This document shows positions 1-10,027 of a stretch of DNA of 64,000 nt, one piece after another. Every line of letters begins with the position of its first letter. Positions within the stretch are counted from its first letter, which is position 1. The notes below the pieces were generated by a model that saw only the letters and a list, made by a program, of their open reading frames with translations, was not told the origin of the DNA and searched no databases. The stretch comes from Oopsacas minuta (lineage: Eukaryota; Animalia; Porifera), in assembly GCA_024704765.1 (NCBI GenBank), contig JAKMXF010000319.1, positions 124,001 to 188,000 on the forward strand, in the 5' to 3' direction. Position numbers and translations under genes: made by a program.

Positions 1-3000
1 TTTCAGGCCATCATCGTCCTTGTCATGAGGCAGTGTTTGAGATCTCTCTTCTTTCTTTTTGAGAAGTTTCGGATAGTAAACGATTAACCCACACATAAGT
101 GACAGACCACCTGTAGATACAAGGACTGTAATACCTGCTGCACCACTTGCAGTATAGAATAGAAATACAGACGCTGTAATTAGCTCTTGGTTGTCTGGAG
201 GACCGGAAGTGGGAATGGGAGTGGGAGTGGGAGTTGGAGTTACAATAATCACGTTTTGGATAATAGAATCTGAATAAATGTAACGATATTCGGGAGAGGT
301 AAGTGGACAATTTGGATCACCTGAAAATAAACCAAAAGCAATAGAGTTATTAGGATTAAGATTCGGAATTGTTACCGAAGCAGTATCGAAGGTTATATTG
401 TCATCATCATTCATCACCACATAACATATATGGGTTACATTAATACTCAAAGGACAATCATTGTTTCTAAAGACTACTAACTGATAATTGTCACCGGTAA
501 AGTCAACTGTATAATCTCCGATAGGAGAGCATTGTTGACTCAATAAAGATTGATCAGTTGTGAAAATTCTATTCTCGATTAAGCCATCAATTTCAATACG
601 CACACTGTATGCAGTATTCTGTTCTAGTTCAGAAAAACCGGAATAACCAAATCCAGTGGGCTGAAACTCTAAAGTGTAAACTGCTATCTCACTGCCTGGT
701 TCGAATAAACGGATTATACCATTGAAAAACTGGCCATCAGGAAGAATGCGGTAGCCAAATGAAACTGAATTGGTCGTAGTATTGAGTTCATTGATGCTAA
801 TACTATAGGTAATGGGCTGGTAAAAGCTAGCAGTACAGCCGTAGTATGCTAATAAATCAGGATTACCTGTTGGATATACAGATACAGTGCAAATACTCCC
901 CATGTCAAGAGTAACATCATAGACTAAAGTATCACTATCGGTGTGTACTTGATTCATGAGGGAACACGTTGAATTGACAGTCATGCAATTAGCGACATCA
1001 AGGCTACACAATGAAATATTACTAATAGAATATTCAAATTTCAAATCACCTCCAGTAGTAAATATACAGGTGTTAACAAGTGACCAATCATCCTCAGTTG
1101 TGACGGAACGTGATGCATCGAATGAATCACCACACTCTGTAGTAGCTGTGTAATCAATTGTATACATTGTGGAAGGTGATAAACCGGTGAACTCGACTCT
1201 GCCGGTAAGGGTTGTTGCACCCAGCGTGAATGAATAGCCCGTAATGCCAAATTCAGTAAAATTATAACCATCATATAATACAATTTCTATGGTAGTAGCT
1301 GTGGCCGAGAATGAGAAGTTAAGGTGTTGAAATGTAGAAGTCCCATTATCACAACGATTGAACTGAACTATGTCACATGCACTAGAATTTAAAGCGATAC
1401 ATGTAGAGCTATAAGCTGTTGTCGTAAGCACACAGATATCCCAAGGAAATACGAAAGGAACAAAAGTTACCGGTGAAGTGAATACAGAGCAATACTGAAT
1501 AGCATTACAGGTTGCACATGCTGAGAGAGCAGTAGGAAAAGTAGTTGGAGGATCAAAGGTGAATGATATATCATTATGATTTGATGGACATATTGGACTA
1601 GACAGCACACCAATCTGAAAGAGCTGTATCTCTGTGTAGGCTACCAATGATATATCAGGTACAATCGCGTATGTATAATTCAGTTCTACGGTTATAATAT
1701 AGCCAGTCAACTCTTCTAGTCCAGAAATATCGATTTCACCATATGTCATATTCAACCTATTGAAAGTTATATTACCAGCAGTTATAGTAATTCCAGCGAT
1801 AGAAATGACAGAAATCACAGGCACCTCATTCGTAAGCATTACTTCACATTGAATAGAGACTGTCAAAGAATTTATTGTGGCTGTCATTAATGACAGTTGA
1901 CAGGTGTCATCAACTGAAAGGTCAGCTGGTACCACGCGAATAGAAGTCATATTATATTGAATACAATTCCTATTTGAATCCGACCAAATGCATTGAGGAT
2001 CGTTATAGCAAGAAACCGCTGTTTCATATGTGAAACAAAGCTCAAGGGATATCTTAAACAATTGATCATTAGAAATAGCAAATAGGTACTGGACACCCCC
2101 AACATCTTGTAGCTCAGCATTGAATAACGTACCATTCGTAACTTCAAACTCACCCACAATTGAAATATTCGTGTCTATTTTCATTTTTATAATGTAACCA
2201 TCAGATGTAGTCGCATAGAATAAAGTTATATTTTCTGTACCGTTGGCAGTCACAACCTGAGTTATATCTATGAGAATATCCTCAAAATGCTTACTCAATG
2301 CTAAAACAGCCTCATTGAACACTATATCCCTGTGTAGAACATTCACAATGGTTGCAGCGTATAGAGTTGTTGGTGTGCCGGATAGAATACGGGCTAAAGG
2401 GTCAGAACAATCCCAGGGAGGCTCTCCTACGATTGGAGTAAGATCATAGCCAGAAAAATAATCACTTGAAAAGCCTTTTTCAATGTTGTGATCTTGGGTA
2501 GTATTAACGCGATCGGATATGAATTTACAAACTGCTGACGATTGTATGTATTCTTCTGCAGTATTTTGACTTGTAAAAAACCCATAGATATTATCCGGAT
2601 CTAGTATGAAGATTTCCTTCAGTGCAATCGATACATAGTACGAATCCTGTGGATAACGGATACCCAATGCTTGCCTACAATCAATCGTAATTTTACTGAA
2701 TGTTCCAATGGCCATAGGAGTGGTAAACTGTCCGAGATCATTAGTGCATATACGTGCTAAACGTCCATGGAAACTATTAGCTAGGAAAGTATAATCTTCA
2801 CTTGGTGCAAGTTGTTCAAGAACCCTTTCCGTAAAAGGAATATATATAAAATCATATCGAACAGCCGAGGCGTATCGGAAAATTCTACCAGGAGTTGGAT
2901 TATTGAAAAAGAAGGTTTCTGTTTGTGAGGAACGCGCCGTTTCAAATGTTTCCACTATTAAAGGGATATTACTACTTGCGGTTGGTGTAGATCCGGGTAT

Positions 3001-3564
3001 AAAATCAGTAAAATTGAATAGTGCCAAACTGCTGTAAATACTCGAGAAATCATCATGCAGGGAATACAATACATTATTGTTTGGATTGAGAAAAATTGAA
3101 TTTTTAAGGAAGGTCAAAAGAGGGCTCAATTCTGAATTCTCAGGGCGAATATTTCCAGATAAATGAATCTCAAATTCATTGTCTGGTGTGGTCGATGCGC
3201 CTAGGAATAAACTGCAACCACCTGACCCACCATTCGAACCACAAGCTAATAGCGCATCACTGAAAGGGAATATATGGTCGATTACATTCGATACACAGAA
3301 TGCCTGGGATTGGATCCCACAACCTGACTCGGCGGTAGTGCGAGGAACACTTAGAGAGGATGTAGATGTCAAATCGGAGAATGTGACAGTTACTACAGTA
3401 GCATCTCCACCAAGGTAAATATCACTATTATTGATAGTGAATGAGTAGAGCGTAGTAACTGAGGAAGAAACAGTAGAAGGAACTTGCTGTGCAGGAATCA
3501 AGGGGCAAAAAAACGCAAAAATAAAAATTGCGAAAAGTGAGTATGAGATTCTCTCTAACATCAT
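1..3564 (-). CDS. Transmembrane semaphorin-like protein (signal peptide-Sema-PSI-3x FN3-Pro/Thr stalk-TM); 3' end lies beyond the window start
   Basis: Translated by hand: ATG at 3564 (MMLERISYSLFAIFIFAFFCPLIPA signal peptide), no stop found down to base 1, 1188 codons. Sema-like motifs GRLARICTNDLG, FSKITIDC, SAVCKF, LFYATTSDGYIIKM. PSI-like LCFTYETAVSCYNDPQCIWSDSNRNC. FN3 signatures ISGLEELTGYII, FTGLSPSTMYTI, FSELEQNTAYSV. TPTPTPTP stalk, then a hydrophobic segment and KLLKKK. Confidence 0.85.
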   Translation of the reverse strand, partial: MMLERISYSLFAIFIFAFFCPLIPAQQVPSTVSSSVTTLYSFTINNSDIYLGGDATVVTVTFSDLTSTSSLSVPRTTAESGCGIQSQAFCVSNVIDHIFPFSDALLACGSNGGSGGCSLFLGASTTPDNEFEIHLSGNIRPENSELSPLLTFLKNSIFLNPNNNVLYSLHDDFSSIYSSLALFNFTDFIPGSTPTASSNIPLIVETFETARSSQTETFFFNNPTPGRIFRYASAVRYDFIYIPFTERVLEQLAPSEDYTFLANSFHGRLARICTNDLGQFTTPMAIGTFSKITIDCRQALGIRYPQDSYYVSIALKEIFILDPDNIYGFFTSQNTAEEYIQSSAVCKFISDRVNTTQDHNIEKGFSSDYFSGYDLTPIVGEPPWDCSDPLARILSGTPTTLYAATIVNVLHRDIVFNEAVLALSKHFEDILIDITQVVTANGTENITLFYATTSDGYIIKMKIDTNISIVGEFEVTNGTLFNAELQDVGGVQYLFAISNDQLFKISLELCFTYETAVSCYNDPQCIWSDSNRNCIQYNMTSIRVVPADLSVDDTCQLSLMTATINSLTVSIQCEVMLTNEVPVISVISIAGITITAGNITFNRLNMTYGEIDISGLEELTGYIITVELNYTYAIVPDISLVAYTEIQLFQIGVLSSPICPSNHNDISFTFDPPTTFPTALSACATCNAIQYCSVFTSPVTFVPFVFPWDICVLTTTAYSSTCIALNSSACDIVQFNRCDNGTSTFQHLNFSFSATATTIEIVLYDGYNFTEFGITGYSFTLGATTLTGRVEFTGLSPSTMYTIDYTATTECGDSFDASRSVTTEDDWSLVNTCIFTTGGDLKFEYSISNISLCSLDVANCMTVNSTCSLMNQVHTDSDTLVYDVTLDMGSICTVSVYPTGNPDLLAYYGCTASFYQPITYSISINELNTTTNSVSFGYRILPDGQFFNGIIRLFEPGSEIAVYTLEFQPTGFGYSGFSELEQNTAYSVRIEIDGLIENRIFTTDQSLLSQQCSPIGDYTVDFTGDNYQLVVFRNNDCPLSINVTHICYVVMNDDDNITFDTASVTIPNLNPNNSIAFGLFSGDPNCPLTSPEYRYIYSDSIIQNVIIVTPTPTPTPIPTSGPPDNQELITASVFLFYTASGAAGITVLVSTGGLSLMCGLIVYYPKLLKKKEERSQTLPHDKDDDGLK

Positions 3565-3861
3565 ACGCTAATATAAAAATAGATAGATAGTATAGTAACG
3601 AGTATGTGAGCTTGGAATGAGCAAGCAGAGGCGGTCACAGGATTAGCCTACCCGGGGCAAACTTGAGGCAAAATTATAGCGAGGCCATGTTTTCAGATCC
3701 GAGGCAAATGCCCCCGTTGGCCACCCCTAGGACCGCAACTGTAAACATTATAAATACAGAAAACTCGTATAATTCGGTCATATCGGAACCAGGCAATTTG
3801 GGAACGATTAATACAGCATTTCGTTCCCTAAAATACTAATCTTACGACTAATGCTTTAGGT

Positions 3862-3949
3862 CAGTGTTTCTCAACCGGTGTGCTTCAGAGAGTAGTAGAG
3901 TGTGACACTAAAATGTGTTCCGCAGATGGAAAAAGGTTGAGAAACAATG
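3862..3949. mobile_element. hAT (Charlie-like) MITE
   Basis: TIRs CAGTGTTTCTCAACC / GGTTGAGAAACAATG; near-perfect 8-bp TSD ctttaggt / ctctaggt. Confidence 0.75.
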
Positions 3950-4127
3950 CTCTAGGTATAGGTAAGAATTGGAACAACAATAGCGAATGAAAACAGCTAT
4001 ATAACTTAGTTAGTTGGGGTGGTAGAGCTTCTAATTTGGTTCATTCGATAACCTGACAACCTTCGAGCTATGGCCTCGAAAATAAACTTAATGGTGCGAA
4101 TTGTTGGCCTCCGTTTATGAAAAAATA

Positions 4128-4276
4128 TAGTAGTCAATGCCGGTTATAAGAACTTCGTAGGGAACTGGACATAATATTCATATATCCGGTAAAAATTCAA
4201 TGGAATAAGATACAAAATATTCGGTAAATCGAGTTATGGTTCTTATAACCGGTGTTCTTATATCCGGCATCTACTG
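4128..4276. mobile_element. Tc1/pogo-like MITE (CAGTAGATGCCG..TATAAGAAC family)
   Basis: Right end GTTCTTATATCCGGCATCTACTG followed by TA; degenerate left end; related copy near 36023-36390. Confidence 0.55.
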
Positions 4277-4289
4277 TATCATATATGTA

Positions 4290-4458
4290 CAGTGAAACAT
4301 CCACAAACGGGAGGAAACGGGGAACTTCTCGAAACGGAGTGAAAATAATTAGAACAAATTCATAGTTCCATGCAAATAAACCTCATAACGGAAAATTTGG
4401 AAGAAACTAGGAAGCAATTTTCAGCGTCCCTAGCACTCAGTTTGTGGAGATTACACTG
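4290..4458. mobile_element. Tc1/mariner/pogo-like MITE
   Basis: TA-flanked, imperfect TIRs CAGTGAAACATCCACAAAC / GTTTGTGGAGATTACACTG; related fragments near 7860 and 11615. Confidence 0.65.
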
Positions 4459-4687
4459 TAAAATCTTTTAGTCATGAAATATATCCACAAACACCCGAAT
4501 TAGTAGTAATCATTAAAATAACACAGTAATATCCCTATATACAAACTCCAACCAGTAACAACAATATACAAATAAAATACCACAATCTGTAAAAAGTACT
4601 CAACTACCATAATGTATGTAGAAGCACATGTTAGAAATATGTACGTACATGAAAATCACATTGTAATATTAAATTCCCATTAAATGT

Positions 4688-7600
4688 TTAAATCATCATA
4701 GATTCTTCTCTCAGTGTTTGTTTGACAGCGAAGTCAGGTGCATTATCTTGTGGAATGGTGACGTCAGAATCCTGTGGAATGACGGGGACAGTTTCTTGTG
4801 GAATGTTGAGGTCAATTTCTTGTGAAGGGGTGACGTCAGAATCTTGTGGAAGGTTGACGTCATCATCTGGTTGGATGGTAACGTCATTATCCTGCGAAAG
4901 GGTGATGTCATTTTCTTGGGTAAGTGTGACGTCATTATCCTGCGAAAGGGTGATGTCATTTTCTTGGGTAAGTGTGACGTCATTATTTTGCGAAATGGTG
5001 ACATCAATATCTGGCGAAGGGATATCGTCATATTGTGAAAGTGTGACGTCATTTTTTTGCGATGTAATCAGCTCATTTTCTGTTGAATCTAGAATAGTAT
5101 CAATTGATTCATCATTTCCGGTTTGAGAAATAATTTTCTCCTTTTTAACATCATCAATAGAAGCATACTCCGGTATAGTATCCTTTTGATGTGATACTTT
5201 AACATAACCTTTATGTTCACGTAATTTGGAAAGATCTTGCGATACCTTTGGGCTAATTTCTGTGTTGTCCAATTTTGGTATTTCGCACTCGACGTTCGGA
5301 TCAACATCTATTTTAGATTTGGGTTCTGTATCAGAATTACAATGGAAGGTATCTGTCAACTCATCAGGGTCTTCATAAGTGGGTGTGAGAGGTCCCATCA
5401 CAGATTTCGGTTCTTCATACGGACATGGTTCATTTAAAACTTCTGTTACAGATGAGTATGTGTGATCACCGATGTCTTCAATAAAGCTAGCTGCGTTCAC
5501 TTCCATGCTATTTGGCTCGTACCCGAGGATTGGTTTCATCTCAGCTACGTCAGGGGCTTCCGATTTTACAGGCGGCGGTTTCTTGGCTTTACGGTCACGC
5601 ACCTCAGCTGCAGAGGCGTACGATTGTGTCTCATCATCGGAGTCGTTCGGTGGTTCTGGGGGCGCTAGCCCGAGTACAAGTGACATATTCTGAGTGACGA
5701 TATCCTCTTCTTTCTTGAAATCAGATAATATAGATTTTAGTGATAGAAACTGAGATGCGGGCTGTGCAGTTTCAGCTTGTTCAATTTCTGGAAGAGGTGA
5801 TATATTCTCCTCAGTCGACGTCGTGAGCCCAATCAAGCGTTTCTCTTCTTCCTTACGAGAGCGTTGTTCAGCTTTTCGCTTCTTTATCACCTCAGCCTTG
5901 ACGTATTGATGCGAAATCTTTACTTTAGGTTCAGTTGGTAACTGTGGGAGTGCGCGTGGAGAAATTTCTGTATCAGATAGCGGATTTGAAATCTGTTCAC
6001 CTTTCGTTTTGATCGGTTTTAGTTCTGTTTTGCACTTGACGTCATCAATACTAGAATACGGTTCGTCAATCTCCATAGGAGAATGTGTCCTATCCTCTGT
6101 ATGCGAGTAATCAATCGCGACAATATCATCATCAGGTGGTTCCACTGGGGGTTTACATGGTTTCTTCTTTTTAGGGTCAAAGGTCAGTTCAGAGTACGGA
6201 TCTTCAGTACTGGACACGCTGCTTTTAGAAAGGACTGGTGGTGATTTTGTAGGGATACAGGAGTAACCTGTGTCGCTATCTGTATCGTCGGAACCCTGGT
6301 TTGTAGGCAGGGGAGGCAAAGCCCCGCGGGCAACTTTCGCGGAATGTTCACCTGATGTTTCAAGGAATGGGCCTGGTGATACTGCTAATGCTATATCAGA
6401 ATTTCCTTTCTTAGGACGCATTTTATTGAATGGCGTGAATGACTTTGTTTTTTTACGAAGAGGTTCATTTGGTTCAGCTAGCTCTTGCGGGAGATTTTCA
6501 GCACTTTTTTCTTGGAAAGAATTCCTGTTCTTTTTGCGGACTTTTTTCTCCTGTGATGAAAGAGCTTTCTCTTTCGATGGTCTAATCGGTTCTGGGAGGC
6601 GTGGCGCGGGGAGTGAGGGTGGATTAGGGGATTTTTTCATTCTATCCTGGTCGACAGACGCGTACGCACTCTCATCGTCCGTGTCGTCATCAGTTTTGGA
6701 CGGAGGTGATGACAATTTATCGCCATGTTTCTGCTGAACAAAATCGTCCTGAATACTCTCGTATACTTCTTCTGTATTATTGGGAAGAGGTTTAGAGATG
6801 GTGGGTCTTTTCCCAGAGGGGAGGGAAGATAGCCGGACGTTACGTGCGGGCAGTTGAGGAGGGTCTTGTAGAATAGGATCGGTACGACGGTGTTCTTCAG
6901 AGACTGATAATTTTAGGGGTGATTTACTGGGAGAGATTTGATTAGCAGATTCTGAGCTTTTGAGTAACTTAACCTATATGAAAGGAAAGATACTTTGAAT
7001 AGCAGCTTTTCCCAACCCGGGTCATCAGTGGTTCAAGCACGACAGCAAGGGATCCACATGTTTATCGGAACTCAAGGGACTGTGATACGTAATTACTTCG
7101 TTATTTGCGGAGTTCGATATGACCGGTGAATACAGTCAACTCCAGTTAAATCGAACACTGATATATCAAAGTCTGAAATTACACTAATATTGGTCCCAAA
7201 CAGCTAAAGGAGTACAACTTACCTCATCATATTCAGGAACAGGAGAACTATCTCTAGAAACACTACCTCCTTTCCTTCTCTCAGAATCATTCAGTTCAAA
7301 AGCTGAATGAATATTCTCTAACACTGTCACACTGTCTATGGATTTATTACTCTTATTATGTGTAGCAAGAGGGGACTGGGTCATGGTTTTGGGTACAGGC
7401 GGACAGAGGATGTTCTCATGGGACACAGATGGTTGTGGCCCTGATTCGTGATGGAAGGAAGACTGCGGGGTATGTGATAGTAGCAAATTCATCAAAGATG
7501 GGTTCCTACTATCTACTGGGTGTATTGGCGCTTCGAGCTCATTCTGTGTTGATTCATCCATTATAATTGCAACGTGTTTATCAACACTGTTTGGAAATTG

Positions 7601-7789
7601 TGTCTTATTCTGTCCGTCTTCGATTTTGTTTATCGTAGCTGTTGAGCTGTTTATGAGCGTAACAGGGAGATTTGATTCGTGACGTATGCATTTGATTAGT
7701 ATGAGAGTTAGGATTAGAATCGGGATCAGGAACAGCGAGATCATAAGGGAAATTTCCTGTGGATCAGACTGCATTAGGAGAGGAGCCAT
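4688..7789 (-). CDS. Single-pass transmembrane adaptor-like protein with many Tyr motifs; exons 7789-7223 and 6973-4688, ~950 aa
   Basis: Phase-0 intron GAG|gtaagt ... tatag|GTT joins ORF 7184..7789 to an upstream in-frame extension of ORF 4688..6715. Short ectodomain, TM ISLFLIPILILTLILI, juxtamembrane KCIR, then a long disordered acidic/Pro-rich tail. Confidence 0.75.
4730..5060 (-). repeat. Coding 24-bp (8-aa) tandem repeat, about 11 degenerate units (e.g. VTLTQEND, ITLSQDND)
   Basis: Visible in the translation; a 48-bp unit is duplicated exactly around 4880-4980. Confidence 0.85.
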
Positions 7790-8686
7790 TCATCCAGCTG
7801 CTGGAGAAATATTTGATAAAGAATATGCAAGGAATTCCTGTTATAATATGATATACACTACCGTGAAACCTCCACAAATGGGGCCTGTATGGAAAATGGG
7901 AACTTTTGAACTCGGAGTGAAATTAAATAAGAGAATTCCTAGCCGCATACAACTGAACCTCTACAAACGGGGAATTTGGCAGAAATGGGGAAACATGGTT
8001 GCAAAAATTCGAATTAATCTTGTAAAATTGAGCAAAGGTTAATGACGTCACATGCTCAACAAACGAAGCAAATAGTGTTAACTAGCCCCAGTTAAACGTT
8101 ACACTGGATAACACATTTTAACGATTGGATACAACGAACTTCTGTGGATAATCACGTTCCTTATAAGTTACAAGCAGTTATTTTTACTCATGCTATAACA
8201 AAGTGAAGCCGAGATCCCAACAATTATTATAGGAAATAAAATATGAAAGAAATCAAATCCCCCAAACTCCCGAAGTCAGCCTATCGAGCTATTGATGGGC
8301 AGTTCAAACGATTCGAAATGAAAACATCATGGAAATTAGACCAGGGACATCGTCTGCCACGGGTTAATTAATCTTGAAAAAAGCTTACTGCCAAATCCTA
8401 TAAACGCCCAATGCAATTTGATATATGTATTATGAAAGCATTCAACTTATACAATCAACCGTATAATGACAATATATATTCTATACAAAGTACGTAGCTA
8501 ACACACACACACAAAAGATACATAATATGAATGTTTCCCTTCAAATACATTGTTCATAATATACTGACCTGGAAGAGCAACTAAAATCTAAACTAATAAA
8601 CCTACTGACTGACATACAAATCACACTATCATCACACACCCATAAGCATAATTCATTGTATTTCACACAGGTGTCTGCAGTTGTTA

Positions 8687-10027
8687 TCACTGGTCAGCAC
8701 CTTGACTAGCAGATTCGTCCGGATCAACTATATTAGCATAGTTGATATCCTCACCAGTGATATTTTTGTGCAGATTGGTTATGTCTAAGCAGGTAGTTTC
8801 GAAATGCGAGGTCGCGTCGTAAGATGTGCTAACGAAGCATTGAGCGAGTTTATCAGCCGCGGTGTCTTTCGGGACGAAACAGTCGTGCACTTTAACGAAT
8901 TTGTGGAGAACGGGGCCTATAATCTTGAGTGCTGGGAGGATTTCATTTTCAGGATTAGCTGTCTCAACAGTTGTACTGATCATAGCGATGTAATATGTTT
9001 TAGAGGCGACATTATGTGCATAGCTAACCATGGATACATAAATATCACTCTTACGTCCGAGTTGATTCTGGGGGAAAATAATCTGACAGGATTTGGCGTC
9101 ATTGGTATTCGGAATTGTGTGGTTCATGATGCAGATCGCTCTGACTACTTGTCCAATCTTCTTCACTCTATCTAGGAAGTAGGATGGATCACCGAGCACC
9201 ATCTTAGCCCGTGCAATCTGTCCTTGAGATTTTACACCTGCGAATTTTCCATCCTCCATGATAATCTCATCAACTGGCTTATCGAGCATGTACGTACCGC
9301 CGTATATCGCACTCAGACGTGCAAATCCCTGTGGAAGCTCTCCTAACCCATACAGAGGGTATAAATAAGGGGAATTGCCATAGCGAGCCATCGATTCACA
9401 GTACAATTTGATACGACTGACAGGTTCTATACAACTTTTTTTCAGATAATCATCGTTTAGATATAGCCCCATAGCATGACCGCAGAAATCTCTAGTGTTC
9501 TCGTCCAGCCCAAAATTTTTAAACACTTGCTCCATTGTTAATTCTGGAGTCATATTTGGATTTTTTGGGGCTTTCTCGTCGAACTCATTGATACCGGTCA
9601 ATAAATTCTTGAAACGCCGTTTCTCGAATATGCCCATTAGAGAAGTCGCTAGTGCCTCTTTTTCATTGGATGGAACCTTGAATATCTTGCTACCTTTGAA
9701 AACGTAGCTTCCTTCTACAGATTTGAACTCGAGGTATTTGGTGACGCCGGTTTTGATTAGGATTTTCACCAATTGTCCGCTCGCCATTAGAAATTTCGGG
9801 ATTAGGTCAACATTCCAATCTCTCGGGCGGCCGTCTGGCAGAGCTACAGGATCTTGACCAAACATTTTGAAGAGATCATCAAGAGGGGTAATAGATGCAC
9901 TCTCTCCACCGTAATATTTATTTCGATCCATATGCAGAACCTTTCGTCCTGAAACGGAGAGAATTCCGCTTAGAATGCATTCAGTAAGTCCAGTGCCTAA
10001 AACTATTACGTCATATGTCTCATCCAT
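8687..10027 (-). CDS. GDI: Rab GDP dissociation inhibitor, intronless, 446 aa
   Basis: [75 protein letters not shown]. True ATG at 10027; the ORF-track extension to 10081 is non-homologous. Confidence 0.97.
   Translation of the reverse strand: MDETYDVIVLGTGLTECILSGILSVSGRKVLHMDRNKYYGGESASITPLDDLFKMFGQDPVALPDGRPRDWNVDLIPKFLMASGQLVKILIKTGVTKYLEFKSVEGSYVFKGSKIFKVPSNEKEALATSLMGIFEKRRFKNLLTGINEFDEKAPKNPNMTPELTMEQVFKNFGLDENTRDFCGHAMGLYLNDDYLKKSCIEPVSRIKLYCESMARYGNSPYLYPLYGLGELPQGFARLSAIYGGTYMLDKPVDEIIMEDGKFAGVKSQGQIARAKMVLGDPSYFLDRVKKIGQVVRAICIMNHTIPNTNDAKSCQIIFPQNQLGRKSDIYVSMVSYAHNVASKTYYIAMISTTVETANPENEILPALKIIGPVLHKFVKVHDCFVPKDTAADKLAQCFVSTSYDATSHFETTCLDITNLHKNITGEDINYANIVDPDESASQGADQ

Noticed and set aside
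23-310. 95-aa ORF with SHSHSH
   Set aside because: Alternative frame of the semaphorin Pro/Thr stalk and TM region.
4711-5126. Overlapping repetitive ORFs and multiple TGACGTCA (CRE-like) palindromes
   Set aside because: Shadows of the coding 24-bp repeat (Asp-Val-Thr codons), not independent genes or evident enhancers.
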